DNA from: a virus
Taxonomy: Duplodnaviria; Caudoviricetes
Virus record (IMG/VR): IMGVR_UViG_3300030106_006557
Location: 1 to 53,696 of that record
Length of the DNA stretch: 53,696 nucleotides
Reading direction: 5' to 3' (one strand)
Part shown: positions 44,207 through 53,437 of the stretch, in pieces
Numbering within the stretch: the stretch's first letter is position 1
Layout of the letters: each line of letters starts with the position of its first letter
Position numbers and translations under genes: made by a program
The notes under the pieces: generated by a model
What the model was told of the DNA's origin: nothing
Database searches by the model: none
What the model saw: the letters and a program-made list of their open reading frames with translations, nothing else

Positions 44207-46638
44207 TACTGTCCTCCTTTTTGTCTAAGTTTCAACAACTCTCTTTCATTAGTAGCTTGTATTCTAGCCTGTGTTTGACGTTCTTGGCTACTTACTCTTT
44301 CATTAAACTGCCTTGACCGTTCAGCCATTTTTTGTCTTTCTAAATTAAGTTTAGCTTGATCATCCATTGTGTCAGACTGAACTTGCTGTTGTTTAATTTG
44401 CAACTCTTGTTGTTTAAGCGCAACAACCGGGTCCGTGCCCTCTTGACCAATTCCAGCAATTTGAGCACTTAACACCTTAACATTTTGCATTTCTTGGGCT
44501 ATTAATTGTGCTGTCAAAGCCTCTAATTCTAACATTTGCTCCTCAGAAGCAGCTTGTCCCTGATTTTGTTGCATATAAACCACAATAGCTTGTTCTTGGG
44601 CTTTTATTCGAGCGTGTTCCATAACATGTTTTTGTAAAGCAATCGCTACATTAGGCATAGCTTGAACAATAGAAGAAGTGCCAAAAGTCAAATGAGCCAT
44701 AATATGAGCATCGTGATCTTGACCCTCAAAAGCCTGTAAATCCGTGTTTTCTAACGCATCTATGTTTTCTAGCGCGGGATCTTTTGGGACAGGCTCTGTA
44801 CTAGACGGTGCTTTTAAAATTTTATCTATATCTCTAACCCCCAATGCTTCGTACATTCTTCTAAAAGCTTCATACATATTGTGTAATTCAGGGGCTTGTG
44901 CTGCTAACTGCATCTGTGTCTGAGCCAAAGCAATACGTTGGGCTTGAGAAAATATATTAGGGTTAGATACAGGAATAATATCCACTCTCTCATCAAAATC
45001 TTGAGATTTAATTGATTGTTCCTGATTTTCAATGGTATACGGGTATTCTTGCGGCAAATAATCCGAAATAACCTTGGCTAATAACTGAAATTCTTGTTTC
45101 ATAGCGTAATGCAACCGCTTATGAACCGCACTCATAACCCGAGTGCCTTGTTCCAACATAGCTACCGTCGTTCCTACGGCTGCCTGCTGATTGCCATCCC
45201 CTACCTTTAAATCAGTAATTGTTGCAAATCGTTGCCCCGCTTGAACCACAAAACCCAACAATTGAAATAATGTCGGATCTGGCCCTTTAAACGGCAACGG
45301 CATCAAGCTATCTCGTATTGCCCCTCCGGGAGCGTCAACATCTCGAAACTCTCCGGGTTGTAATGGATCATCGTCATCCCTGATTCTCAACCCACGGGCT
45401 TTAAAGCCTGCTGGAAGATTGGACAAAGTACCCGCATCGATTAACTGCCGTAGAGCGGCTGTCGCTGTACGAGATAAACCACCAATTGTATGAATCAAAC
45501 CTAACCCGTAAAAACCAAATCCGGGCAAAAACTTATAATGCACAAAATATTGTATTTTTCTTTTTTTGGGATCGTCTTCCCCGTAATTTCTTCTTACCCC
45601 TAGTACTTGTCCATTGTCCTCGCTAATCGATACGATGTAAGGCACTTTAATTCCGGTAGCCTCTCCTTCCTCATCTTTTTCTTCGTAGCCCTTTAAGTCT
45701 AAATCCACATGACATTCCAACACCGTGCAATCGTAATCAATATTAGACGGCTGTACGCCATCTATATAATTAATTTCATCGGTTACGCTATCGGTAGACG
45801 TTTGCGCTGGAATAACCGGAATATCCCGATAAAACCCAGCAAGTTGTTTTTTACGAAGATCGTTTAACGACATTCTAACCACTTGCGTTATATTAGGACA
45901 CGTTTCTAAATCATTTGCTTCATAAGGCACCACCAAATGTTCCGCAGGGACAAACTTACTAACCGCTCTGTCCATGCTTTCGTCGTAATATACCTTTTTA
46001 AACGTGCTTCCCGCCAACGGTAAATAAAACAACATTTGATCAAACTCAGGCGTGTATTCCTCCATGACTGTGGTAATGTAGTAGTTCATGAACTCACGAA
46101 CTCGTTTGGCCTGTTCTTCCTTATCCCTAGTAGGGGAACCAAGGATGGTGGTGCGAACAGGACCCATCGGGGGAAGTAGTTCGTTAAACGCCTGAGCTTG
46201 AAACTGGGTTGCCGCTTCCGCCAACAAAGGGTGCGTCACTCCTGTTGCTCCACGAAACGGTTGTGTTCGTTCTTCATAATTAAAACCTAATAACTCTAAA
46301 CCATTAGCGTAAGCTTCTTCCCAATCTTTACGGGAAGACTTGTTAGCTTCGTATTCACTCATTAAACTACTTGAAATAGTTCCTAATTCTGAATCATCTA
46401 TCTCCTCGGCAAGATTACGAAAAAAATCCCCCTCGTCAGGACCTTTGTTTAAAAAAGGGTCCATGTCCACGACAACCCCTCCATCGTCCGTAGCCTCAAT
46501 CTCAATCCCATCAGGAATAGCATCTTTTGCCGGAAATACCGATGCAGGCATTTCTATCTCAATATCATCTAACGCTTCCGCTACATTCGGATCATCATTT
46601 TGTTTCTCTACTAAAGATACCGGGGGTTGCTGTGCCAT
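44206..46638 (-). CDS. Portal protein
   Basis: 810 aa; HPLLAEA..QFQA, LPL.GSTFKKVY, GFYGLGL.H, ALRQL.DAGTLSNLP.G. Confidence 0.9.
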   Translation of the reverse strand: MAQQPPVSLVEKQNDDPNVAEALDDIEIEMPASVFPAKDAIPDGIEIEATDDGGVVVDMDPFLNKGPDEGDFFRNLAEEIDDSELGTISSSLMSEYEANKSSRKDWEEAYANGLELLGFNYEERTQPFRGATGVTHPLLAEAATQFQAQAFNELLPPMGPVRTTILGSPTRDKEEQAKRVREFMNYYITTVMEEYTPEFDQMLFYLPLAGSTFKKVYYDESMDRAVSKFVPAEHLVVPYEANDLETCPNITQVVRMSLNDLRKKQLAGFYRDIPVIPAQTSTDSVTDEINYIDGVQPSNIDYDCTVLECHVDLDLKGYEEKDEEGEATGIKVPYIVSISEDNGQVLGVRRNYGEDDPKKRKIQYFVHYKFLPGFGFYGLGLIHTIGGLSRTATAALRQLIDAGTLSNLPAGFKARGLRIRDDDDPLQPGEFRDVDAPGGAIRDSLMPLPFKGPDPTLFQLLGFVVQAGQRFATITDLKVGDGNQQAAVGTTVAMLEQGTRVMSAVHKRLHYAMKQEFQLLAKVISDYLPQEYPYTIENQEQSIKSQDFDERVDIIPVSNPNIFSQAQRIALAQTQMQLAAQAPELHNMYEAFRRMYEALGVRDIDKILKAPSSTEPVPKDPALENIDALENTDLQAFEGQDHDAHIMAHLTFGTSSIVQAMPNVAIALQKHVMEHARIKAQEQAIVVYMQQNQGQAASEEQMLELEALTAQLIAQEMQNVKVLSAQIAGIGQEGTDPVVALKQQELQIKQQQVQSDTMDDQAKLNLERQKMAERSRQFNERVSSQERQTQARIQATNERELLKLRQKGGQ

Positions 46639-46640
46639 GA

Positions 46641-47114
46641 TTATCTCTGCCTTCCTCTAGTAAAACCTTTTATAATAGCCCCATCGCCTTTTTTTCGTAA
46701 TGTTTTAATCTTTAACTGCGCCAAAGGAGAATTTGGTCCTGCTTCATTAAAAACGCCTAATCCTTCAGGTTCCATGTCTCCTGTGCTAGTGGATATAGTG
46801 TGTGTATTCATAGTGTCTCGGAAACTTGCTTTCACTCCATCAGGAATAGCATCTTCGTCAACAAAACTTTCTGACCTATAAAATTTATCGGGCTTGTTTG
46901 TTTCTCTAATACCCATCGTAAATCTATTTTGAATTGTTCCCAAGGGTCCCTTTTTAGGTTCCATTCCCGTAATAAAAACATTAGAAACGTCTGCTACAGG
47001 TTCGTTAGTAATACGAAATCCTCCAGAAAGCCTCGGATCTCGTTTTTTCATCCCGGTTTTTACCGTATAATGCAAAGGCCCACTAAACCTTCTTCTTATA
47101 AAATCCGCTGCCAT
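46641..47114 (-). CDS. Hypothetical (probably virion) protein
   Basis: RBS; C-terminal KGDGAIIKG motif. Confidence 0.65.
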   Translation of the reverse strand: MAADFIRRRFSGPLHYTVKTGMKKRDPRLSGGFRITNEPVADVSNVFITGMEPKKGPLGTIQNRFTMGIRETNKPDKFYRSESFVDEDAIPDGVKASFRDTMNTHTISTSTGDMEPEGLGVFNEAGPNSPLAQLKIKTLRKKGDGAIIKGFTRGRQR

Positions 47115-47145
47115 AACCTTTCCTTATAATGTTTGCTACATTATT

Positions 47146-49821
47146 CTACTGAAACATGTTTCTTGCAACCGAAGATAATCCGCTAACCCCTCGGGGTCGC
47201 TGAAACATCGTCCGCGCTATTTCGTTAAGAGTCCCAATGCCCTGCTTACGGACCACGCCTCCTTGGGCAAAAGTATCTTCACTCTCTTCCTTATCTAAAG
47301 TTGATAAAGCTCCCGCCCCTGCTGCGGTGCCCACGGCAATATTAAATAAAGACTGCCCTTCCTTGGCTGCTTCTTTCATTTCTGGAGTAATTTTAATCAG
47401 AGTTGTTCCAAGCGGCACCACAGACTTTCCAATTTCCGCATCAATTAATTCACTATTATATTGTTTAGCGTACTTCTTTAAAAAACTAGGGATTTTACGA
47501 TCATAAACCGTTTGATACATTTTTCTGTAAGCTCCTTCGGGAGCTTTTTCTGATACTGGACCTTCACCCCATTTTGCAACCAAAGTTTCTGATTTAGGAA
47601 CCATGACATAATCATAACCTTCATCGACTGCCGTTTTCATAAGTTTCTTCAACGCCAACTCGTGCCAAGTATCTTGCCAAGGATTGGGAATATTTGTTTT
47701 CGGTCCTTTTATTTGTTTTAGTTTTTTTCTAGCGAAAGTTAATTTGTCAGATAAACGATTATCACCATAAAGAATAGAATTTAATCTTGGATTCTTAGAG
47801 AACGATCCATATAAAAAAGGGTCTGTTTCTATTACAGTTCGTAGACGGTCTGCTAAAATCAAAATATTGCCTGAAACTGCTTCTGGGTTAATTGACTCAT
47901 CAAAAAGACTTACCCCATCTATTATATTTGTAACGGCTCTGTCGATTATCTCTTTTACTTCTGATCTCAAAAACTGGCGGTAATTCGCTCGTTCAGTTGT
48001 TGAGAGAAGAAGCTGAAGCACTTGTGTTACAGGGGGTAACCTGTTAGATTGAAACTTTCTAAGTTCATCTGAAAGGTATCTAAGGTCATCTAACAACGGA
48101 AGCACATCCGTTTCTATAATTTTTGTTCTTTGCCCCCATCTGCTGTTTGCCATTGCAAGATCCGATTGAATTTCATCAGCGTATAAAACCTTGTTGCTTG
48201 CTGGAAGATCCCCCTTCGTTGTAGCAATAGGTCCATCCCAGTCAGAAGCCATCACACTCGACACCACCGTGTCATCTGTTCTTGTAAAATGATCTTGAAA
48301 ATCTCCAACTTCAGGGGAAGTTATTAAAATCTCCCTGCGGTTAGGTTGATTTGTGAAACCATCATAAGTAGGATAGTCAGTTGATATTTTATCAGTCAAA
48401 GCATATTTATCCATCTGCTCTAAGCCAGCACCTTCAAGAGAAACAAGCCCTTGTTCTTCTAAATACTGTCTTGTTTGTATTTGAGCTTCTGCTAAATTAT
48501 CTTCACTAACAACGGCTTCCCCATCTGAATCCTTTACTACTTTATCCGCATCCAGCCCATCACCTCTTCTTAACTGCCACGGCATATATTCGCCATTTCG
48601 GAACAAAGTAAAGGGTTCATCATCGTCTATCCTTACACGCACTCGCTGGTATACCTGCTCAGGATCGCTATAATGTTCTTTAGCTATCTCGTAAACAATG
48701 GAATCAATTTTATCTTCAAAATTTTGGGTATTTCCATCGACATCAATAAATTCTGTTTTGTTTTCATCAAAAGCCTTTAAAATTGCTGCCTTGTTAAAGG
48801 CTGCCTCTCGATCCAATTTCGGGCTTAGTGAATATCCTCCTGAAAGATCTCTTTCTAATTCCCGTCGAACAAGATCTCTTCGTTCTGTTTTAATATCCTC
48901 TTCAAAATAATCTTTATCACCAACAGGCAAATCATCAAAATCTATCTTCTCAGTTTCATTGAAAAAACGGTCTCCGCTGGGGTTAAGTTGAAATGCTGAT
49001 GCTTTGTTTTCAACAACGTCAACCGTAAATCGCTTGTCATTAAGATGCTGTACAAAGTCTTCTTTAGTAAATTTAGAATCTAAATTCAGACCCATTGCCT
49101 TTATTTCATTATTAAAAGACTTTTCCGGGAAACCTTGTTTTTTAGCCATCGTCCTCATCTCATCAACAAACTCTTGGCCGGTTCCCTTACCACGTTTAAT
49201 TAAAGGTATTGCCTCCTGCACAACGCTGTAAAAACCCTCGAGGTCAACTGTTCTGGTTGTTGTCGTAGTTGGACCTTCTGGGACTATGTTAAGTCGTGGT
49301 TGAAACACTTCAGGAGCCTTATCCATCAGACGTTCTGCTGCAAGAAGACCTTCTTGTGAAATATACTTCCCGGCCTGCGGTCCGAATTTAGAAAGAACTT
49401 TAGCTCCTTTAACGGCTGCCGCTCCAGACACCGGACTAAAAAATTCTCCAACTTGAAAAGGAACACCTTCGGTTTCTTCCCGAGTCAGCAGCCCTTTTTC
49501 GATACCAAATTCTTTAACATCCTCCGTGGTCGGCAACTGCATTAGTGTCTGTACAGGTGCCCGCAAAAAAGTAGGCATGTACTGAATATAATCAGCAACC
49601 CCTTCGGACATAGAACCAATATCTCCGGGCAAACCTAAAGTTCCCGCTACCGCGCCTTTTTCAGCCTCAATATAAGTTCGCGGGTTTTTTAAAACTTCAG
49701 GAATAGGAGCCGCCTGATCTGCCATGACAACGCTTGGGTCGGGATATTCAACCACCCGTCGAAACATGTTTTTAGCACGATCCGCTAAAGTTGCAATACC
49801 TGATTTAGGTTGTTCGGCCAT
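47146..49821 (-). CDS. Large accessory virion protein (DEIQSD domain, possibly GNAT-like)
   Basis: 891 aa; GTGQEF, LYADEIQSD, W..LALK.L...A..EGYD, YD..IP. Confidence 0.6.
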   Translation of the reverse strand: MAEQPKSGIATLADRAKNMFRRVVEYPDPSVVMADQAAPIPEVLKNPRTYIEAEKGAVAGTLGLPGDIGSMSEGVADYIQYMPTFLRAPVQTLMQLPTTEDVKEFGIEKGLLTREETEGVPFQVGEFFSPVSGAAAVKGAKVLSKFGPQAGKYISQEGLLAAERLMDKAPEVFQPRLNIVPEGPTTTTTRTVDLEGFYSVVQEAIPLIKRGKGTGQEFVDEMRTMAKKQGFPEKSFNNEIKAMGLNLDSKFTKEDFVQHLNDKRFTVDVVENKASAFQLNPSGDRFFNETEKIDFDDLPVGDKDYFEEDIKTERRDLVRRELERDLSGGYSLSPKLDREAAFNKAAILKAFDENKTEFIDVDGNTQNFEDKIDSIVYEIAKEHYSDPEQVYQRVRVRIDDDEPFTLFRNGEYMPWQLRRGDGLDADKVVKDSDGEAVVSEDNLAEAQIQTRQYLEEQGLVSLEGAGLEQMDKYALTDKISTDYPTYDGFTNQPNRREILITSPEVGDFQDHFTRTDDTVVSSVMASDWDGPIATTKGDLPASNKVLYADEIQSDLAMANSRWGQRTKIIETDVLPLLDDLRYLSDELRKFQSNRLPPVTQVLQLLLSTTERANYRQFLRSEVKEIIDRAVTNIIDGVSLFDESINPEAVSGNILILADRLRTVIETDPFLYGSFSKNPRLNSILYGDNRLSDKLTFARKKLKQIKGPKTNIPNPWQDTWHELALKKLMKTAVDEGYDYVMVPKSETLVAKWGEGPVSEKAPEGAYRKMYQTVYDRKIPSFLKKYAKQYNSELIDAEIGKSVVPLGTTLIKITPEMKEAAKEGQSLFNIAVGTAAGAGALSTLDKEESEDTFAQGGVVRKQGIGTLNEIARTMFQRPRGVSGLSSVARNMFQ

Positions 49822-50468
49822 TAGGGTCTATACTGTTGAATAGCAAAACGACCTTGCTCATCACGAGGAAAATAAAGTTGCGGTTGGCCTTCTTTAACCG
49901 ACGTGTCTAACTGCCCACGGCCTCGAAGACGCTCTAACTGTTCAAAAATTGCATTATCCGCTAAAATCGCTAACTCACGATTGGTAGGATTTCGTCCCGC
50001 TTTTTTTAACAACTGCCGTCCTACAGCATTGTTACGGATATCCATTTTGGAATCTTGTATAACGTCCGAAATGCCTCCCCTTGGTCTAAACAAAGTGGTA
50101 ACTCCTCCAGCCGCCACGTCCGCTATCTCTTTTCCAAACCCTAGAAGAAAAGCGGGAAGAACACCCTCGTCTCTTGCCGCAAGAGCACTACCAAAAATAT
50201 GTGCCCGAGCATCAGCAAGCTCCTCTATGTTAGGAAAATAATCATACCCAAAAGGACGTGCGTCAGGACTAATCCTTTCATAACCGTATTGAGAATCGCG
50301 CTCAGTGGGATAATTGTATTGCTCCGCTAATTTTTCTGTAAAAGTTGGCTTATCCCCATACAAAAACCGCCCCTCCCTATCAGGAAACGCAGAATACCGC
50401 ACTTTCTGCCCAAACATTGGCTCATAAAAACGCCCTATCCCCGCATCATAATAATTGTTTTCGCTCAT
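49821..50468 (-). CDS. Hypothetical protein with DUF6973/SAA-like motifs
   Basis: DARAH..GS and MDIRNNAVGR. Confidence 0.55.
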   Translation of the reverse strand: MSENNYYDAGIGRFYEPMFGQKVRYSAFPDREGRFLYGDKPTFTEKLAEQYNYPTERDSQYGYERISPDARPFGYDYFPNIEELADARAHIFGSALAARDEGVLPAFLLGFGKEIADVAAGGVTTLFRPRGGISDVIQDSKMDIRNNAVGRQLLKKAGRNPTNRELAILADNAIFEQLERLRGRGQLDTSVKEGQPQLYFPRDEQGRFAIQQYRP

Positions 50469-50617
50469 ACTACTGCCGTTTTCTTTTTCTTCTTTTTAGT
50501 TTTCTTTTTAGCCTTCATTTTGGCCCCGGCAATAACGTCCGCTCGTGTAATTTTGTCCCGTGGTTCGGCAAGCGCAGCTAACTTCTTTTGTTTATTCGTA
50601 TACTGACTGTTAGGCAT
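50465..50617 (-). CDS. 50-aa Lys-rich protein (not in ORF track)
   Basis: MPNSQYTNKQKKLAALAEPRDKITRADVIAGAKMKAKKKTKKKKKKTAVV; AAGGAG RBS. Confidence 0.8.
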   Translation of the reverse strand: MPNSQYTNKQKKLAALAEPRDKITRADVIAGAKMKAKKKTKKKKKKTAVV

Positions 50618-50628
50618 ACTTTCTCCTT

Positions 50629-50850
50629 CTAGCTAACTATCTCTACGGGGGACTGAGTTTCAATCCAGACCCGCGCCCCGCAACTTAACGGCTTATCTGG
50701 AGAATATACCACTTTACTGTCGCCTTTGATACTCACTTCGTGAGCATATTGGTTCGATTTATACGTTTTTACCGTCAAAACAGGCTCTCGATCCCCTGTT
50801 TTTAAATTTTTTCTAATAACGTGCTGGTTTACATGAACAATCGTCTTCAT
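50629..50850 (-). CDS. Conserved small phage protein
   Basis: IVHVNQH.I, P..TVK, Y.PDKPLSCGARVWIET. Confidence 0.85.
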   Translation of the reverse strand: MKTIVHVNQHVIRKNLKTGDREPVLTVKTYKSNQYAHEVSIKGDSKVVYSPDKPLSCGARVWIETQSPVEIVS

Positions 50851-50853
50851 AAA

Positions 50854-52305
50854 TCACCCATAATACTGTGCAGGTTGGTAATTGGGCTGCGAATCGTCCC
50901 AATCGTCTGACGGCAACTGCACAAAATTGCCCTGACGATACCGCATCAAAGCCTGCGTCGTGCTATCCACAAGGTCATCATACTCCCCATTCGGAAAAGC
51001 CGCACATTCTTCAATCAATTCGTCCGCCCATTTCTGATCCGGTGCCCAAATCATACCGCTTTCAAACAACGGGGAAACACTATGCACCCTCGATAACTTA
51101 TCCGTACCCCGACTCGGGGTAAAATTTACCACCGGAATCCCCATGTTCCGTAGTTCGTGGGTCAAGGGCATCCCACTGGCTTTTGCCTCAATAATCACGG
51201 TCTCCGGCTCCCAAAATTTGTACGAATCCAACGCAATTTGCTTTAATTCAGGGAAATCCCACCGTCCTTTTTTAGAATCCAACAAAATTAGCCCCGCCTG
51301 CCCCGCTTCATTCGGACGAAACACGCCCCATGTGGTAATTGCCGAGTAATCTGCCGTCTCCCGCTTACTAAACGCCGTATCATAACTCTGAATAACGTAC
51401 TCCAAAGACGGAATACTGGTTTTTTCCCAACGCTTCCACCACTCGCGCTTTAAAATCGAACTCTCTTCGCCCGTCGGATGCTGTTGATATTGAGCATTCC
51501 ACTTGCTCGGCGGAATCGAAGCCTTAACCGTCTCCAAATCCTCCAAAGGCCAATATTCCGGCCAACACGCCTTACCGGAGTCCATAATGGCCGGTAACTC
51601 CACAATTTCCCACTGGTCCGCCGTGGCATCCTTGGCTTGAGCACGAATTAACTGCCCCGTCATATCCTTCTCCGACCAACGGGTCATCACCAAAATAATC
51701 GCACCGCCGGGCTGCAATCGCTGCCGGGGACCACCCGTGTACCAATCCCACGCATCGTCAAACCCGTTATTGCTCATCGCCGTCTGTTCTGAATGCGGAT
51801 CGTCAATAATAATTAAATCACCACCACGTCCCGCTAAATTTGACCCCACACCCACCGCATAATACATCCCACCACGGTCCGTGTCCCACCGCCCAGATGC
51901 CTTTGAATCCGCCGCCAACCGAGTGTTAAAAATCTCCTGATAATCCTCGCGCTCAATCAAATTCTTCGTCTTACGACCAAAGTTTACCGCAAGCTCCGTG
52001 GTGTGCGTCGCCTGAATAATCTTCATATTAGGATTCTTACCGATCATCCACGCCGGAAACAAAAAACTGGCAAACTCCGACTTGGTATGACGCGGCGGCA
52101 TATTAATAATCAACCGCCGTAAGTCCCCGTCAGCAATGCGCTCGAGCTTCTCCGCAATAATCCGGTGATGCTTGCCCACAATAAACTCAGGCCACATCGA
52201 TTTCACAAACGACAAAAAACTGCGCTGACACTTCTCCACCCGCTCAATCTGCGCTAACCGCAGTTCAAGCTTCATGCGCCTCTCGCTAACCGTTGTTGCG
52301 TCCAT
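50854..52305 (-). CDS. terL: Terminase large subunit
   Basis: NMPPRHTKSE, IIIDDP, MTRW, QSYDTA, IEAKASG, DDLVDS. Confidence 0.96.
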   Translation of the reverse strand: MDATTVSERRMKLELRLAQIERVEKCQRSFLSFVKSMWPEFIVGKHHRIIAEKLERIADGDLRRLIINMPPRHTKSEFASFLFPAWMIGKNPNMKIIQATHTTELAVNFGRKTKNLIEREDYQEIFNTRLAADSKASGRWDTDRGGMYYAVGVGSNLAGRGGDLIIIDDPHSEQTAMSNNGFDDAWDWYTGGPRQRLQPGGAIILVMTRWSEKDMTGQLIRAQAKDATADQWEIVELPAIMDSGKACWPEYWPLEDLETVKASIPPSKWNAQYQQHPTGEESSILKREWWKRWEKTSIPSLEYVIQSYDTAFSKRETADYSAITTWGVFRPNEAGQAGLILLDSKKGRWDFPELKQIALDSYKFWEPETVIIEAKASGMPLTHELRNMGIPVVNFTPSRGTDKLSRVHSVSPLFESGMIWAPDQKWADELIEECAAFPNGEYDDLVDSTTQALMRYRQGNFVQLPSDDWDDSQPNYQPAQYYG

Positions 52306-52351
52306 GCCCTATATTGCGTCCATACCTTATATTGCGTCCATACCTTATATT
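52296..52351 (-). repeat. 3x 18-bp tandem repeat at the terL start, creating two upstream MDAI* minigenes
   Basis: ATG at 52341, 52323 and 52305; stops TAA 52327-52329 and TAG 52309-52311. Confidence 0.92.
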
Positions 52352-52368
52352 ATCGTATACCGTAGGTC

Positions 52369-52815
52369 TCAATTTTTAAAATTTTTTTGGGGGCTAATCT
52401 CTTCAAACAGTTTCTCCCAATCGACCGGAGAATCCACAATGCATCGCGCCCCTGTGCGTAAACCATCCATAGCAACATTTACCGCCGAATCCCCACCATA
52501 AAGATACAACCGATACCCCTTCTGATTGGCCCGTTGCTGCTTGACCAGTAACCACACCTTCCCCGACTTGTGCGTACTCAAAAAACTTACCTGATGCGGA
52601 CGCAAAGACACCGCATTGCCATCCGTAAACTTTAACTCAATTAAATGAAAACAACTCGCTTCATCCAACAACAAAACATCAGGGATCCCCGGCGTGGCCC
52701 ACGTCTCCAACCGCGTCAGCTTCCAATCCCTCCACTTCTTCGACTGCTCCCGAAACTGCCTCCACAACCCGTTCTCCCTCGACGACTTGGGGGATTCTAA
52801 CTTGCTCTTCGCCAT
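52369..52815 (-). CDS. PD-(D/E)xK nuclease (VRR-NUC/resolvase-like)
   Basis: E..LW, RLE..A.PGIPDV, IELK, LRPHQ; AAGGAG RBS before ATG 52815. Confidence 0.85.
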   Translation of the reverse strand: MAKSKLESPKSSRENGLWRQFREQSKKWRDWKLTRLETWATPGIPDVLLLDEASCFHLIELKFTDGNAVSLRPHQVSFLSTHKSGKVWLLVKQQRANQKGYRLYLYGGDSAVNVAMDGLRTGARCIVDSPVDWEKLFEEISPQKNFKN

Positions 52816-53377
52816 CTCCTTGTACCGAAGCTCCCGCTTCTCTTCCTCTTTCAGTAGGCGTGATATCGATAGCATAACTGTTCCTTATCTCCTCTAACGC
52901 ACGTTGAACTTCTTCCTTACTCATCGAATCTATCGTCCCGTGACGAATCTCACTCTTGTTAATATAAATATCCCCAGCCGCCTGACCACGACGATACTCC
53001 GCCATCACCGCCGCTGAATACGCACCATCCTCCAACGCCCGATCACGAATCAACTGCAAATCACGCAAATGACGGTCATAACGAATCGCGTACCGACTAT
53101 CAACCTCCTTCTTAAACCGCTGATACTCCGCTGCCACATGAGGCGTGATCTCCGGATTTAACAACTCATACGCCGTCGCATGGGCCGATTTCGGCGAATA
53201 CCCCGCATTGATCGCCGCATCACGCAACGTAATCTGTCCATCCTTCGTTATCAACTCCCGAATAAACAATTCCTGCTTTCGCGTTAGCTTCTTCGCGGCT
53301 CGGGGCTTACGGTGCCTTTTCAACGGCACTTTGTCCTTGGTGGATACAGGCACTACATATCGACTTTGTAACGGCAT
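52679..53377 (-). CDS. terS: Terminase small subunit
   Basis: LT.KQE.F, AAI.AGYS..SA...AY.LL HTH; upstream of terL; start likely ATG 53377. Confidence 0.85.
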   Translation of the reverse strand: MPLQSRYVVPVSTKDKVPLKRHRKPRAAKKLTRKQELFIRELITKDGQITLRDAAINAGYSPKSAHATAYELLNPEITPHVAAEYQRFKKEVDSRYAIRYDRHLRDLQLIRDRALEDGAYSAAVMAEYRRGQAAGDIYINKSEIRHGTIDSMSKEEVQRALEEIRNSYAIDITPTERGREAGASVQGDGEEQVRIPQVVEGERVVEAVSGAVEEVEGLEADAVGDVGHAGDP

Positions 53378-53408
53378 ACACGGCTCACGGTGAAGTTTAA
53401 ATGGTACA

Positions 53409-53437
53409 AAAATACAATAAAAGAAATAACGTGTCAA
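53409..53437 (-). promoter_or_regulatory. Sigma70-like promoter TTGACA-17-TATTTT for terS
   Basis: Perfect -35 about 55 bp upstream of the ATG. Confidence 0.6.

Noticed and set aside
17594-52897. Numerous + strand ORFs in the late region (e.g. 17727-18446, 20292-20762, 25860-26369, 39830-40366)
   Set aside because: Antisense shadows of well-supported minus-strand genes; no RBS or motifs
1873-53437. ORF-track starts at 1887, 2570, 5346, 5945, 9706, 16055, 52875 and 53437
   Set aside because: Most run through promoters, RBS elements or neighbouring genes; downstream ATGs fit better
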